A DNA stretch of 64,000 nt, from positions 215,202,001 to 215,266,000 of the forward strand of contig NC_091288.1 in the NCBI RefSeq assembly GCF_032444005.1, given 5' to 3'. A program made the translations under genes and the position numbers. This document shows positions 38,310 through 53,063 of this stretch, one piece after another. Each line of letters begins with the position of its first letter. The first letter of the stretch is position 1. Below the pieces are notes generated by a model that did not search any database, was not told where the DNA came from, and worked only from the letters and a program-made list of their open reading frames with translations. The stretch comes from Ranitomeya imitator. Taxonomy: Eukaryota.

Positions 38310-39145
38310 TAAATGGGGTTGTCCACTCATTTCATACATACGAAACAAAAAAGTGTTATTAGCTTCCCACTGGAGATATCATCTGACGGAGCAGCCAGAT
38401 CCCTGCCGATCACTTGATTTGAGGAATCCGCCCTCACTAATATGTCATCCTATTAATATTCCCCAGCTCGTGGCCGATCCCTTACCGTAGTATGGAGAAG
38501 CAGAGGCGGCCGGTGTCTCCGGTAGAGTGCACGCTCTTCAGTCCAGCCGGGGCACGCTGGACCTCATTCTGTCCTACAGTGAATCCTCCTAGCAACCCTC
38601 GCAGCCAGCCATGCCTGCTGTCCCCGGATTGTGCCGGGAAGTTTCACCGATTGCTAGGAGACCGCAGAAACGCCTGGTAATCTGCAGAGGACTCTTCTTG
38701 TCTAGTGTTTATGTCCCTGTTGCCACCGCTCCTGCTGCTGGTAACTTAACCCCTTGTGTTTCCCGCACCGCGCACCTCTGCATTCAGTCCGCTGCTGGCG
38801 AGTGCAGTAACGGAGCAGAAATTACACAGGATCAGCGCCTGCAAGCAAACCGGTGCCTTTCATACTTGCTGAACCGTCCTGTCACTTCCCCCTATCTACA
38901 CTGTAGGAAACAGCAGCCAGAAGCCCTAGGGGGACGTTCACACTTCCAATGTTTCCCCCAAATAGAAGCAAATCCGGAATAAAATCTGCTTGTGTTACAG
39001 GAACTTCGTCACTGATTTTGAGGCAGATTTGTAGCAGATTTCTTCCTATGAATGATAAAGGGTTAAATCTGCTGTGAAATGAAGATTTAATATCAAAGTC
39101 ACAAGTCGATTTCCGCTGCAGATTTTTTTTTTTTTTTACCTATTA

Positions 39146-39455
39146 GGCTATGTTCACACTTTGCGGATTCCACTGCGGATTTTTCCGCAGCAGAATTCCA
39201 AAATCCGCAGTGAAAACCCGTCGCGGTTTTTACTGCAGATTTATCGCGGTTTTTACTGCGGATTTTCATCTGCAGTTTCCTATTGGAGTAGGTGAAAATC
39301 CGCAGAAAAGAAGTGACATGCTGCGGAATGTAATCCGCAGCGTTTCCGCAGCATGTGCACAGCGTTTTTTGTTTCCCATAGGTTTACATTGTAATCTAAA
39401 CTCATGGGAAACTGCTGCGGATCCGCAGCAAAATCCGCAAAGTGTGAACATAGCC
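39146..39455. mobile_element. PIF/Harbinger MITE, 310 bp
   Basis: TIR GGCTATGTTCACACTTTGCGG, identical 3-bp TTA TSD, internal palindromic ccgcag/ctgcgg repeats. Confidence 0.88.
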
Positions 39456-39719
39456 TTATGTCGCCACTATATACTGAATATCTTCAGTCCACAAATCTGC
39501 AACGTATTTGCACGGGCCGGCAGGGTAGCAATTTTGGAACCCATGCCACGGACGACTTTGCCACAGATTTGACGCAAATCAGCTGCAAAATCAGCACATG
39601 CAACATGTTGGTTTTTTGCTGCAGATTTAACACGGATTTTAGTTTGGATTTGGATCAATGTGAATTTTGAAAATATTTTTTTTAACACATGAACATTTTT
39701 CATTGTTAAACCTGTAAAC

Positions 39720-40935
39720 TTAAAGGGGTTGTACTCTACTGGTGATAACCTATCCCTAGGATCCACTCCTAGTCAACTTAAAGGGATTGTACTCTACTGA
39801 TGAGAACCTATCCCTAGGATCCACTCCTAGTCAACTTAAAGGGATTGTACTCTGCTAGTGATAACCTATCCCTAGGATCCACTCCTAGTCAACTTAAAGG
39901 GATTGTACTCTACTGATGAGAACCTATCCCTAGGATCCACTCCTAGTCAACTTAAAGGGATTGTACTCTACTGGTGATAACCTATCCCTAGGGTCCACTC
40001 CTAGTCAACTTAAAGGGATTGTACTCTACTGATGAGAACCTATCCCTAGGATCCACTTCTAGTCAACTTAAAGAGATTGTACTCTACTAGTGATAACCTA
40101 TCCCTAGGATCCACTCCTAGTCAACTTAAAGGGATTGTACTCTACTGATGAGAACCTATCCCTAGGATCCACTCCTAGTCAACTTAAAGGGATTGTACTC
40201 TACTGGTGATAACCTATCCCTAGGGTCCACTCCTAGTCAACTTAAAGGGATTGTACTCTACTGATGAGAACCTATCCCTAGGATCCACTTCTAGTCAACT
40301 TAAAGAGATTGTACTCTACTAGTGATAACCTATCCCTAGGATCCACTCCTAGTCAACTTAAAGGGATTGTACTCTACTGGTGATAACCTATCCCTAGGGT
40401 CCACTCCTAGTCAACTTAAAGGGATTGTACTCTACTGATGAGAACCTATCCCTAGGATCCACTCCTAGTCAACTTAAAGGGATTGTACTCTACTAGTGAT
40501 AACCTATCCCTAGGATCCACTCCTAGTCAACTTAAAGGGGTTGTACTCTACTGGTGATAACCTATCCCTAGGATCCACTCCTAGTCAACTTAAAGGGATT
40601 GTACTCTACTGGTGATAACCTATCCCTAGGGTCCACTCCTAGTCAACTTAAAGGGATTGTACTCTACTGATGAGAACCTATCCCTAGGATCCACTCCTAG
40701 TCAACTTAAAGGGATTGTACTCTACTAGTGATAACCTATCCCTAGGATCCACTCCTAGTCAACTTAAAGGGGTTGTACTCTACTGATGAGAACCTATCCC
40801 TAGGGTCCACTCCAAGAAAACTTAAAGGGGTTGTACTCTACTGATGAGAACCTATCCCTAGGATCCACTCCTAGTCAACTTAAAGGGGTTGTACTCTACT
40901 AGTGATAACCTATCCCTAGGATCCACTCCTAGTCA
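39720..40935. repeat. 58-bp tandem repeat (~21 copies), each unit beginning TTAAAGGG
   Basis: ttaaagggattgtactctactg(g/a)tga(t/g)aacctatccctaggatccactcctagtcaac; 58-nt period read directly. Confidence 0.93.
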
Positions 40936-42039
40936 TTCGAGTATGGGCAAAGGTGCAGTACCTGGCAGCGGCCACTATAGAGTTGATGGCGCTATGCTGC
41001 TCCGCTCTGGGAATATCCTGCTGCCGGAGGCATCATGGGGTGCCGGGTGTCACATCCCCACCCATCTGATATTGTATGGGCACCATTGGGGTATGTTCAC
41101 ATGTAGCATTGTTACTGCATTTTTTCCATTTATGAAAAACGTATAAGAGAAACACTCCCTTTTTTTTTACGCCGTGAAAAAAAATCATTAGAACGCTGAA
41201 AGAATCGACATGCTGCATTAAAAAAGCATCACATGTAAAAAAAAAAAAAAACCTGAAGGAAACAAATGCAACATGTGCACGAGGTTTTAGAAATCTCAAT
41301 CATTTTGCTGCTAATTTAAAATAAATATAAAAAACGCAGTGTGTGAACGAGCCGTTATTTGATGAGCTCAGTTTTCTCTGTCAGGCTCCTGTCCTGTCTC
41401 TTTATGTTATGCCCACCCTCGATTCAACTAGCGGTGGTCTTCAGACCTGGAAAGGGGGAAGAGTTCGGGTGCAGTGGGTGATCGGCAAGCGTCGCATGGG
41501 TCGGACCACTGACCTACACTCAGCTGATCAATGTGGCGGTACGAACCCCCCTATTGGACGGATTAACTGACAACTGAGAGTGTGTCACTCTGCTCCGTCC
41601 ACACGTGGTTGTCAGGAAAAAAGGATTTAACAGATTTTTTACAATATGGCTGCTTTCTTCCAAAAAACAGCGCCACCTCTGTCCACAGGTTGTGTCCGGT
41701 ATTGCAGCTCAGCCCTGATTCGTTTTTTTGGTAGCGCTCAGCCCCAATCCCCCACGTTATTACCTACCTGACAACATTTCGGAGCGCCAAACCTGGACTC
41801 AAATATCACTTGTCTGCTGAAACTCGCTCCAGGGTCCAATCTTATACGTTCCATAACTGTAAAAGTAATTCAGGACATCGGTCACCATGCAGAACAGTAA
41901 CGACCCGTGTACTTATTTATCAGCGCCGCCCCTATGTTACGTACCGTACTGTGCGGGGGTGTCATTTTTTTACGCCTGAAAATACCGAATTTTTGTACAA
42001 TTTCTCATATTTTTCTGGGGTTTGAATTTAAACGGCAGC

Positions 42040-43050
42040 AAGCTGCGCTCTGATTGGCTGTAAGGGAACCAATCATACGGCGGTTTAAAAGTAAGTGATA
42101 AAGTTGTTTTATTAACTGAGGAAACCTGCGGCGTACGGGGGGGGAGAGGGACGCCGGAGACACGGATCAGCCGCTCACATCTACAGAGTCTACGGGGGGA
42201 AGGAATACGTAAAAACTAGAGGAAAACGCTACAATGGCGTCACTCGGAGCAGCCAATCAGAAAACAGCTTATTGGCAAGTTACAGAATACCAGTGATCTG
42301 ATTGGTTGCTGTGGGAAACCGTCACACTTTTGCCGTTAAAGCCAGTTTAGCATTGCTCTACGCCGTTTTGTTGAGAAAAATGTATAAAATTCCCAAAATG
42401 TCAAATCCTGAACTTGATAAAGCAATAATTTGCCCATTTTTCACTGTAAACAAAGTCCCGTTGCCCTTGGCAACCAGACTACAACTCACACTTTTCTATG
42501 GCAAATTAAAATTTTGAGCGATTAAATAGTTATTATATGTATATATGTGCGTGTATGTATGTATATACAAACAATTATTCTGATATGTGCATTGATTAAC
42601 TTTATTGCCCACTCCGCATGTTACAATGATACAATGTGAGTATTGTTACATAAAAAAGGGCACAATAAAGTTATTCCATTGAAAAAAAGTAGAAAAGAAA
42701 GGGCCATTATTAGAGAATAAACCCGAGTTTACCAGGAGCGGAAGTGCTCGCGTTGGCCTTCGGGAGTTGTGGTGTTTGGCTGGAGGGGCGGGACTACAGC
42801 TCCCAAAGTGCAGTGCGACAAGTAAACAGGGGCAGAAGGAGCAGCAGCTGGAGAGCGGAGGTGAGTGCGGCTCCGGGGCTGTTACACTGTGACGCCACCT
42901 CTGCAGCAGAGGCCGCCTGCGATATGTCCGATCATCATTACACTGCAGGATATTATGAGCTCTATATAGTCTGGGCGTAATTTTTATTTTTAAAATATTT
43001 AATTATGAAATATACATAATGAACCAGAGGCACTACAACTCCCAGCATGT
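42040..43050. promoter_or_regulatory. CDIP1 promoter, probably shared divergently with C16orf96; non-coding CDIP1 exon 1 ends at 42860
   Basis: CCAAT boxes near 42053-42073, 42253 and 42300; X-box-like GTTGCCCTTGGCAAC at 42460-42474; ETS-like GGAAGT; SBS motifs at 42793-42811 and 43032-43049; donor GGAG|gtgagt at 42860/42861. Confidence 0.65.
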
Positions 43051-43104
43051 TCTGCCCTTTACGGCACAGTACTGCAATATTACACGTATAATCACACACA
43101 TCGC

Positions 43105-46100
43105 CAGTGACTGCACCAGCAGAATAGTGAGTGCAGCTCTGGAGTATAATACAGGATGTAACTCAGGATCAGTAATGTAATGTATGTGCACAGTGACTGC
43201 ACCAGCAGAATAGTGAGTGCAGCTCTGGGGTATAATACAGGATGTAACTCAGGATCAGTAATGTAATGTATGTACACAGTGACTGCACCAGCAGAATAGT
43301 GAGTGCAGCTCTGGAGTATAATACAGGATGTAACTCAGGATCAGTAATGTAATGTATGTACACAGTGACTGCACCAGCAGAATAGTGAGTACAGCTCTGG
43401 AGTATAATACAGGAGGTAACTCAGGATCAGTAATGTAATGTATGTACACAGTGACTGCACCAGCAGAATAGTGAGTGCAGCTCTGGAGTATAATACAGGA
43501 GGTAACTCAGTATCAGTAATGTATGTACACAGTGACTGCACCAGCAGAATAGTGAGTGCAGCTCTGGGGTATAATACAGGATGTAACTCAGGATCAGTAA
43601 TGTAATGTATGTACACAGTGACTGCACCAGCAGAATAGTGAGTGCAGCTCTGGAGTATAATACAGGATGTAACTCAGGATCAGTAATGTAATGTATGTAC
43701 ACAGTGACTGTACCAGCAGAATAGTGAGTGCAGCTCTGGGGTATAATACAGGATGTAACTCAGGATCAGTAATGTAATGTATGTACACAGTGACTGCACC
43801 AGCAGAATAGTGAGTGCAGCTCTGGAGTATAATACAGGAGGTAACTCAGGATCAGTAATGTAATGTATGTACACAGTGACTGCACCAGCAGAATAGTGAG
43901 TGCAGCTCTGGGGTATAATACAGGAGGTAACTCAGGATCAGTAATGTAATGTATGTACACAGTGACTGCACCAGCAGAATAGTGAGTGCAGCTCTGGGGT
44001 ATAATACAGGAGGTAACTCAGGATCAGTAATGTAATGTATGTACACAGTGACTGCACCAGCAGAATAGTGAGTGCAGCTCTGGGGTATAATACAGGATGT
44101 AACTCAGGATCAGTAATGTAATGTATGTACACAGTGACTGCACCCGCAGAATAGTGAGTGCAGCTCTGGAGTATAATACAGGAGGTAACTCAGGATCAGT
44201 AATGTAATGTATGTACACAGTGACTGCACCAGCAGAATAGTGAGTGCAGCTCTGGGGTATAATACAGGAGGTAACTCAGGATCAGTAATGTAATGTATGT
44301 ACACAGTGACTGCACCAGCAGAATAGTGAGTGCAGCTCTGGAGTATAATACAGGAGGTAACTCAGGATCAGTAATGTAATGTATGTACACAGTGACTGCA
44401 CCAGCAGAATAGTGAGTGCAGCTCTGGGGTATAATACAGGAGGTAACTCAGGATCAGTAATGTAATGTATGTACACAGTGACTGCACCAGCAGAATAGTG
44501 AGTGCAGCTCTGGGGTATAATACAGGATGTAACTCAGGATCAGTAATGTAATGTATGTACACAGTGACTGCACCAGCAGAATAGTGAGTGCAGCTCTGGA
44601 GTATAATACAGGAGGTAACTCAGGATCAGTAATGTAATGTATGTACACAGTGACTGCACCAGCAGAATAGTGAGTGCAGCTCTGGGGTATAATACAGGAG
44701 GTAACTCAGGATCAGTAATGTAATGTATGTACACAGTGACTGCACCAGCAGAATAGTGAGTGCAGCTCTGGAGTATAATACAGGATGTAACTCAGGATCA
44801 GTAATGTAATGTATGTACACAGTGACTGCACCAGCAGAATAGTGAGTGCAGCTCTGGAGTATAATACAGGATGTAACTCAGGATCAGTAATGTAATGTAT
44901 GTACACAGTGACTGCACCAGCAGAATAGTGAGTGCAGCTCTGGAGTATAATACAGGATGTAACTCAGGATCAGTAATGTAATGTATGTACACAGTGACTG
45001 CACCAGCAGAATAGTGAGTGCAGCTCTGGGGTATAATACAGGAGGTAACTCAGGATCAGTAATGTAATGTATGTACACAGTGACTGCACCAGCAGAATAG
45101 TGAGTGCAGCTCTGGGGTATAATACAGGATGTAACTCAGGATCAGTAATGTAATGTATGTACACAGTGACTGCACCAGCAGAATAGTGAGTGCAGCTCTG
45201 GAGTATAATACAGGAGGTAACTCAGGATCAGTAATGTAATGTATGTACACAGTGACTGCACCAGCAGAATAGTGAGTGCAGCTCTGGGGTATAATACAGG
45301 AGGTAACTCAGGATCAGTAATGTAATGTATGTACACAGTGACTGCACCAGCAGAATAGTGAGTGCAGCTCTGGAGTATAATACAGGATGTAACTCAGAAT
45401 CAGTAATGTAATGTATGTACACAGTGACTGCACCAGCAGAATAGTGAGTGCAGCTCTGGGGTATAATACAGGAGGTAACTCAGGATCAGTAATGTAATGT
45501 ATGTACACAGTGACTGCACCAGCAGAATAGTGAGTGCAGCTCTGGGGTATAATACAGGAGATAACTCAGGATCAGTAATGTATGTACACAGTGACTGCAC
45601 CAGCAGAATAGTGAGTGCAGCTCTGGGGTATAATACAGGATGTAACTCAGGATCAGTAATGTAATGTATGTACACAGTGACTGCACCAGCAGAATAGTGA
45701 GTGCAGCTCTGGGGTATAATACAGGAGGTAACTCAGGATCAGTAATGTAATGTATGTACACAGTGACTGCACCAGCAGAATAGTGAGTGCAGCTCTGGGG
45801 TATAATACAGGAGGTAACTCAGGATCAGTAATGTAATGTGTGTACACAGTGACTGCACCAGCAGAATAGTGAGTGCAGCTCTGGGGTATAATACAGGAGG
45901 TAACTCAGGATCAGTAATGTAATGTATGTACACAGTGACTGCACCAGCAGAATAGTGAGTGCAGCTCTGGGGTATAATACAGGAGGTAACTCAGGATCAG
46001 TAATGTAATGTATGTACACAGTGACTGCACCAGCAGAATAGTGAGTGCAGCTCTGGAGTATAATACAGGATGTAACTCAGGATCAGTAATGTAATGTATG

Positions 46101-49100
46101 TACACAGTGACTGCACCAGCAGAATAGTGAGTGCAGCTCTGGAGTATAATACAGGATGTAACTCAGGATCAGTAATGTAATGTATGTACACAGTGACTGC
46201 ACCAGCAGAATAGTGAGTGCAGCTCTGGGGTATAATACAGGAGGTAACTCAGGATCAGTAATGTAATGTATGTACACAGTGACTGCACCAGCAGAATAGT
46301 GAGTGCAGCTCTGGGGTATAATACAGGAGATAACTCAGGATCAGTAATGTATGTACACAGTGACTGCACCAGCAGAATAGTGAGTGCAGCTCTGGGGTAT
46401 AATACAGGATGTAACTCAGGATCAGTAATGTAATGTATGTACACAGTGACTGCACCAGCAGAATAGTGAGTGCAGCTCTGGGGTATAATACAGGAGGTAA
46501 CTCAGGATCAGTAATGTAATGTATGTACACAGTGACTGCACCAGCAGAATAGTGAGTGCAGCTCTGGGGTATAATACAGGAGGTAACTCAGGATCAGTAA
46601 TGTAATGTGTGTACACAGTGACTGCACCAGCAGAATAGTGAGTGCAGCTCTGGGGTATAATACAGGAGGTAACTCAGGATCAGTAATGTAATGTATGTAC
46701 ACAGTGACTGCACCAGCAGAATAGTGAGTGCAGCTCTGGAGTATAATACAGGATGTAACTCAGGATCAGTAATGTAATGTATGTACACAGTGACTGCACC
46801 AGCAGAATAGTGAGTGCAGCTCTGGGGTATAATACAGGATGTAACTCAGGATCAGTAATGTAATGTATGTACACAGTGACTGCACCAGCAGAATAGTGAC
46901 TGCAGCTCTGGGGTATAATACAGGAGGTAACTCAGGATGAGTAATGTAATGTAATGTACACAGTGACTGCACCAGCAGAATAGTGAGTGCAGCTCTGGAG
47001 TATAATACAGGATGTAACTCAGGATCAGTAATGTAATGTATGTACACAGTGACTGCACCAGCAGAATAGTGAGTGCAGCTCTGGGGTATAATACAGGAGG
47101 TAACTCAGGATCAGTAATGTAATGTATGTACACAGTGACTGCACCAGCAGAATAGTGAGTGCAGCTCTGGGGTATAATACAGGATGTAACTCAGGATCAG
47201 TAATGTAATGTATGTACACAGTGACTGCACCAGCAGAATAGTGAGTGCAGCTCTGGAGTATAATACAGGAGGTAACTCAGGATCAGTAATGTAATGTATG
47301 TACACAGTGACTGCACCAGCAGAAGAGTGAGTGCAGCTCTGGGGTATAATACAGGAGGTAACTCAGGATCAGTAATGTAATGTATGTACACAGTGACTGC
47401 ACCAGCAGAATAGTGAGTGCAGCTCTGGAGTATAATACAGGATGTAACTCAGGATCAGTAATGTAATGTATGTACACAGTGACTGCACCAGCAGAATAGT
47501 GAGTGCAGCTCTGGAGTATAATACAGGATGTAACTCAGGATCAGTAATGTAATGTATGTACACAGTGACTGCACCAGCAGAATAGTGAGTGCAGCTCTGG
47601 GGTATAATACAGGAGGTAACTCAGGATCAGTAATGTAATGTATGTACACAGTGACTGCACCAGCAGAATAGTGAGTGCAGCTCTGGGGTATAATACAGGA
47701 GATAACTCAGGATCAGTAATGTATGTACACAGTGACTGCACCAGCAGAATAGTGAGTGCAGCTCTGGGGTATAATACAGGATGTAACTCAGGATCAGTAA
47801 TGTAATGTATGTACACAGTGACTGCACCAGCAGAATAGTGAGTGCAGCTCTGGGGTATAATACAGGAGGTAACTCAGGATCAGTAATGTAATGTATGTAC
47901 ACAGTGACTGCACCAGCAGAATAGTGAGTGCAGCTCTGGGGTATAATACAGGAGGTAACTCAGGATCAGTAATGTAATGTGTGTACACAGTGACTGCACC
48001 AGCAGAATAGTGAGTGCAGCTCTGGGGTATAATACAGGAGGTAACTCAGGATCAGTAATGTAATGTATGTACACAGTGACTGCACCAGCAGAATAGTGAG
48101 TGCAGCTCTGGGGTATAATACAGGAGGTAACTCAGGATCAGTAATGTAATGTATGTACACAGTGACTGCACCAGCAGAATAGTGAGTGCAGCTCTGGAGT
48201 ATAATACAGGATGTAACTCAGGATCAGTAATGTAATGTATGTACACAGTGACTGCACCAGCAGAATAGTGAGTGCAGCTCTGGAGTATAATACAGGATGT
48301 AACTCAGGATCAGTAATGTAATGTATGTACACAGTGACTGCACCAGCAGAATAGTGAGTGCAGCTCTGGGGTATAATACAGGAGGTAACTCAGGATCAGT
48401 AATGTAATGTATGTACACAGTGACTGCACCAGCAGAATAGTGAGTGCAGCTCTGGGGTATAATACAGGAGATAACTCAGGATCAGTAATGTATGTACACA
48501 GTGACTGCACCAGCAGAATAGTGAGTGCAGCTCTGGGGTATAATACAGGATGTAACTCAGGATCAGTAATGTAATGTATGTACACAGTGACTGCACCAGC
48601 AGAATAGTGAGTGCAGCTCTGGGGTATAATACAGGAGGTAACTCAGGATCAGTAATGTAATGTATGTACACAGTGACTGCACCAGCAGAATAGTGAGTGC
48701 AGCTCTGGGGTATAATACAGGAGGTAACTCAGGATCAGTAATGTAATGTGTGTACACAGTGACTGCACCAGCAGAATAGTGAGTGCAGCTCTGGGGTATA
48801 ATACAGAAGGTAAATCAGGATCAGTAATGTAATGTATGTACACAGTGACTGCACCAGCAGAATAGTGAGTGCAGCTCTGGAGTATAATACAGGATGTAAC
48901 TCAGGATCAGTAATGTAATGTATGTACACAGTGACTGCACCAGCAGAATAGTGAGTGCAGCTCTGGGGTATAATACAGGATGTAACTCAGGATCAGTAAT
49001 GTAATGTATGTACACAGTGACTGCACCAGCAGAATAGTGAGTGCAGCTCTGGGGTATAATACAGGAGGTAACTCAGGATCAGTAATGTAATGTATGTACA

Positions 49101-52100
49101 CAGTGACTGCACCAGCAGAATAGTGAGTGCAGCTCTGGGGTATAATACAGGAGGTAACTCAGGATCAGTAATGTAATGTATGTACACAGTGACTGCACCA
49201 GCAGAATAGTGAGTGCAGCTCTGGGGTATAATACAGGAGGTAACTCAGGATCAGTAATGTAATGTGTGTACACAGTGACTGCACCAGCAGAATAGTGAGT
49301 GCAGCTCTGGGGTATAATACAGGAGGTAACTCAGGATCAGTAATGTAATGTATGTACACAGTGACTGCACCAGCAGAATAGTGAGTGCAGCTCTGGGGTA
49401 TAATACAGGAGGTAACTCAGGATCAGTAATGTAATGTATGTACACAGTGACTGCACCAGCAGAATAGTGAGTGCAGCTCTGGAGTATAATACAGGATGTA
49501 ACTCAGGATCAGTAATGTAATGTATGTACACAGTGACTGCACCAGCAGAATAGTGAGTGCAGCTCTGGAGTATAATACAGGATGTAACTCAGGATCAGTA
49601 ATGTAATGTATGTACACAGTGACTGCACCAGCAGAATAGTGAGTGCAGCTCTGGGGTATAATACAGGAGGTAACTCAGGATCAGTAATGTAATGTATGTA
49701 CACAGTGACTGCACCAGCAGAATAGTGAGTGCAGCTCTGGGGTATAATACAGGAGATAACTCAGGATCAGTAATGTATGTACACAGTGACTGCACCAGCA
49801 GAATAGTGAGTGCAGCTCTGGGGTATAATACAGGATGTAACTCAGGATCAGTAATGTAATGTATGTACACAGTGACTGCACCAGCAGAATAGTGAGTGCA
49901 GCTCTGGGGTATAATACAGGAGGTAACTCAGGATCAGTAATGTAATGTATGTACACAGTGACTGCACCAGCAGAATAGTGAGTGCAGCTCTGGGGTATAA
50001 TACAGGAGGTAACTCAGGATCAGTAATGTAATGTGTGTACACAGTGACTGCACCAGCAGAATAGTGAGTGCAGCTCTGGGGTATAATACAGGAGGTAACT
50101 CAGGATCAGTAATGTAATGTATGTACACAGTGACTGCACCAGCAGAATAGTGAGTGCAGCTCTGGAGTATAATACAGGATGTAACTCAGGATCAGTAATG
50201 TAATGTATGTACACAGTGACTGCACCAGCAGAATAGTGAGTGCAGCTCTGGGGTATAATACAGGATGTAACTCAGGATCAGTAATGTAATGTATGTACAC
50301 AGTGACTGCACCAGCAGAATAGTGACTGCAGCTCTGGGGTATAATACAGGAGGTAACTCAGGATGAGTAATGTAATGTAATGTACACAGTGACTGCACCA
50401 GCAGAATAGTGAGTGCAGCTCTGGAGTATAATACAGGATGTAACTCAGGATCAGTAATGTAATGTATGTACACAGTGACTGCACCAGCAGAATAGTGAGT
50501 GCAGCTCTGGGGTATAATACAGGAGGTAACTCAGGATCAGTAATGTAATGTATGTACACAGTGACTGCACCAGCAGAATAGTGAGTGCAGCTCTGGGGTA
50601 TAATACAGGATGTAACTCAGGATCAGTAATGTAATGTATGTACACAGTGACTGCACCAGCAGAATAGTGAGTGCAGCTCTGGAGTATAATACAGGAGGTA
50701 ACTCAGGATCAGTAATGTAATGTATGTACACAGTGACTGCACCAGCAGAAGAGTGAGTGCAGCTCTGGGGTATAATACAGGAGGTAACTCAGGATCAGTA
50801 ATGTAATGTATGTACACAGTGACTGCACCAGCAGAATAGTGAGTGCAGCTCTGGAGTATAATACAGGATGTAACTCAGGATCAGTAATGTAATGTATGTA
50901 CACAGTGACTGCACCAGCAGAATAGTGAGTGCAGCTCTGGAGTATAATACAGGATGTAACTCAGGATCAGTAATGTAATGTATGTACACAGTGACTGCAC
51001 CAGCAGAATAGTGAGTGCAGCTCTGGGGTATAATACAGGAGGTAACTCAGGATCAGTAATGTAATGTATGTACACAGTGACTGCACCAGCAGAATAGTGA
51101 GTGCAGCTCTGGGGTATAATACAGGAGATAACTCAGGATCAGTAATGTATGTACACAGTGACTGCACCAGCAGAATAGTGAGTGCAGCTCTGGGGTATAA
51201 TACAGGATGTAACTCAGGATCAGTAATGTAATGTATGTACACAGTGACTGCACCAGCAGAATAGTGAGTGCAGCTCTGGGGTATAATACAGGAGGTAACT
51301 CAGGATCAGTAATGTAATGTATGTACACAGTGACTGCACCAGCAGAATAGTGAGTGCAGCTCTGGGGTATAATACAGGAGGTAACTCAGGATCAGTAATG
51401 TAATGTGTGTACACAGTGACTGCACCAGCAGAATAGTGAGTGCAGCTCTGGGGTATAATACAGGAGGTAACTCAGGATCAGTAATGTAATGTATGTACAC
51501 AGTGACTGCACCAGCAGAATAGTGAGTGCAGCTCTGGGGTATAATACAGGAGGTAACTCAGGATCAGTAATGTAATGTATGTACACAGTGACTGCACCAG
51601 CAGAATAGTGAGTGCAGCTCTGGAGTATAATACAGGATGTAACTCAGGATCAGTAATGTAATGTATGTACACAGTGACTGCACCAGCAGAATAGTGAGTG
51701 CAGCTCTGGAGTATAATACAGGATGTAACTCAGGATCAGTAATGTAATGTATGTACACAGTGACTGCACCAGCAGAATAGTGAGTGCAGCTCTGGGGTAT
51801 AATACAGGAGGTAACTCAGGATCAGTAATGTAATGTATGTACACAGTGACTGCACCAGCAGAATAGTGAGTGCAGCTCTGGGGTATAATACAGGAGATAA
51901 CTCAGGATCAGTAATGTATGTACACAGTGACTGCACCAGCAGAATAGTGAGTGCAGCTCTGGGGTATAATACAGGATGTAACTCAGGATCAGTAATGTAA
52001 TGTATGTACACAGTGACTGCACCAGCAGAATAGTGAGTGCAGCTCTGGGGTATAATACAGGAGGTAACTCAGGATCAGTAATGTAATGTATGTACACAGT

Positions 52101-53027
52101 GACTGCACCAGCAGAATAGTGAGTGCAGCTCTGGGGTATAATACAGGAGGTAACTCAGGATCAGTAATGTAATGTGTGTACACAGTGACTGCACCAGCAG
52201 AATAGTGAGTGCAGCTCTGGGGTATAATACAGAAGGTAAATCAGGATCAGTAATGTAATGTATGTACACAGTGACTGCACCAGCAGAATAGTGAGTGCAG
52301 CTCTGGAGTATAATACAGGATGTAACTCAGGATCAGTAATGTAATGTATGTACACAGTGACTGCACCAGCAGAATAGTGAGTGCAGCTCTGGGGTATAAT
52401 ACAGGATGTAACTCAGGATCAGTAATGTAATGTATGTACACAGTGACTGCACCAGCAGAATAGTGAGTGCAGCTCTGGGGTATAATACAGGAGGTAACTC
52501 AGGATCAGTAATGTAATGTATGTACACAGTGACTGCACCAGCAGAATAGTGAGTGCAGCTCTGGGGTATAATACAGGAGGTAACTCAGGATCAGTAATGT
52601 AATGTATGTACACAGTGACTGCACCAGCAGAATAGTGAGTGCAACTCTGGAGTATAATACAAGATGTAACTCAGGATCAGTAATGTAATGTATGTACACA
52701 GTGACTGCACCAGCAGAATAGTGAGTGCAGCTCTGGGGTATAATACAGGATGTAACTCAGGATCAGTAATGTAATGTATGTACACAGTGACTGCACCAGC
52801 AGAATAGTGAGTGCAGCTCTGGGGTATAATACAGGATGTAACTCAGGATCAGTATTGTAATGTATGTACACAGTGACTGCACCAGCGGAATAGTGAGTGC
52901 AGCTCTGGGGTATAATGCAGGATGTAACTCGGGATCAGTATTGTAATGTATGTACACAGTGACTGCACCAGCAGAATAGTGAGTGCAGCTCTGGGGTATA
53001 ATACAGGAGGTAACTCAGGATCAGTAA

Positions 53028-53033
<6 letters not shown>
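43105..53033 (-). repeat. 86-bp satellite array 2, left block (~115 monomers, highly homogeneous, higher-order structure)
   Basis: Reverse complement of the array 1 monomer; lies in CDIP1 intron 1. Confidence 0.98.

Positions 53034-53063
<30 letters not shown>

Noticed and set aside
43105-53033. Regularly spaced repeats suggesting a CRISPR array
   Set aside because: Monomers are contiguous with no unique spacers, there are no cas genes, and the context is a vertebrate intron.
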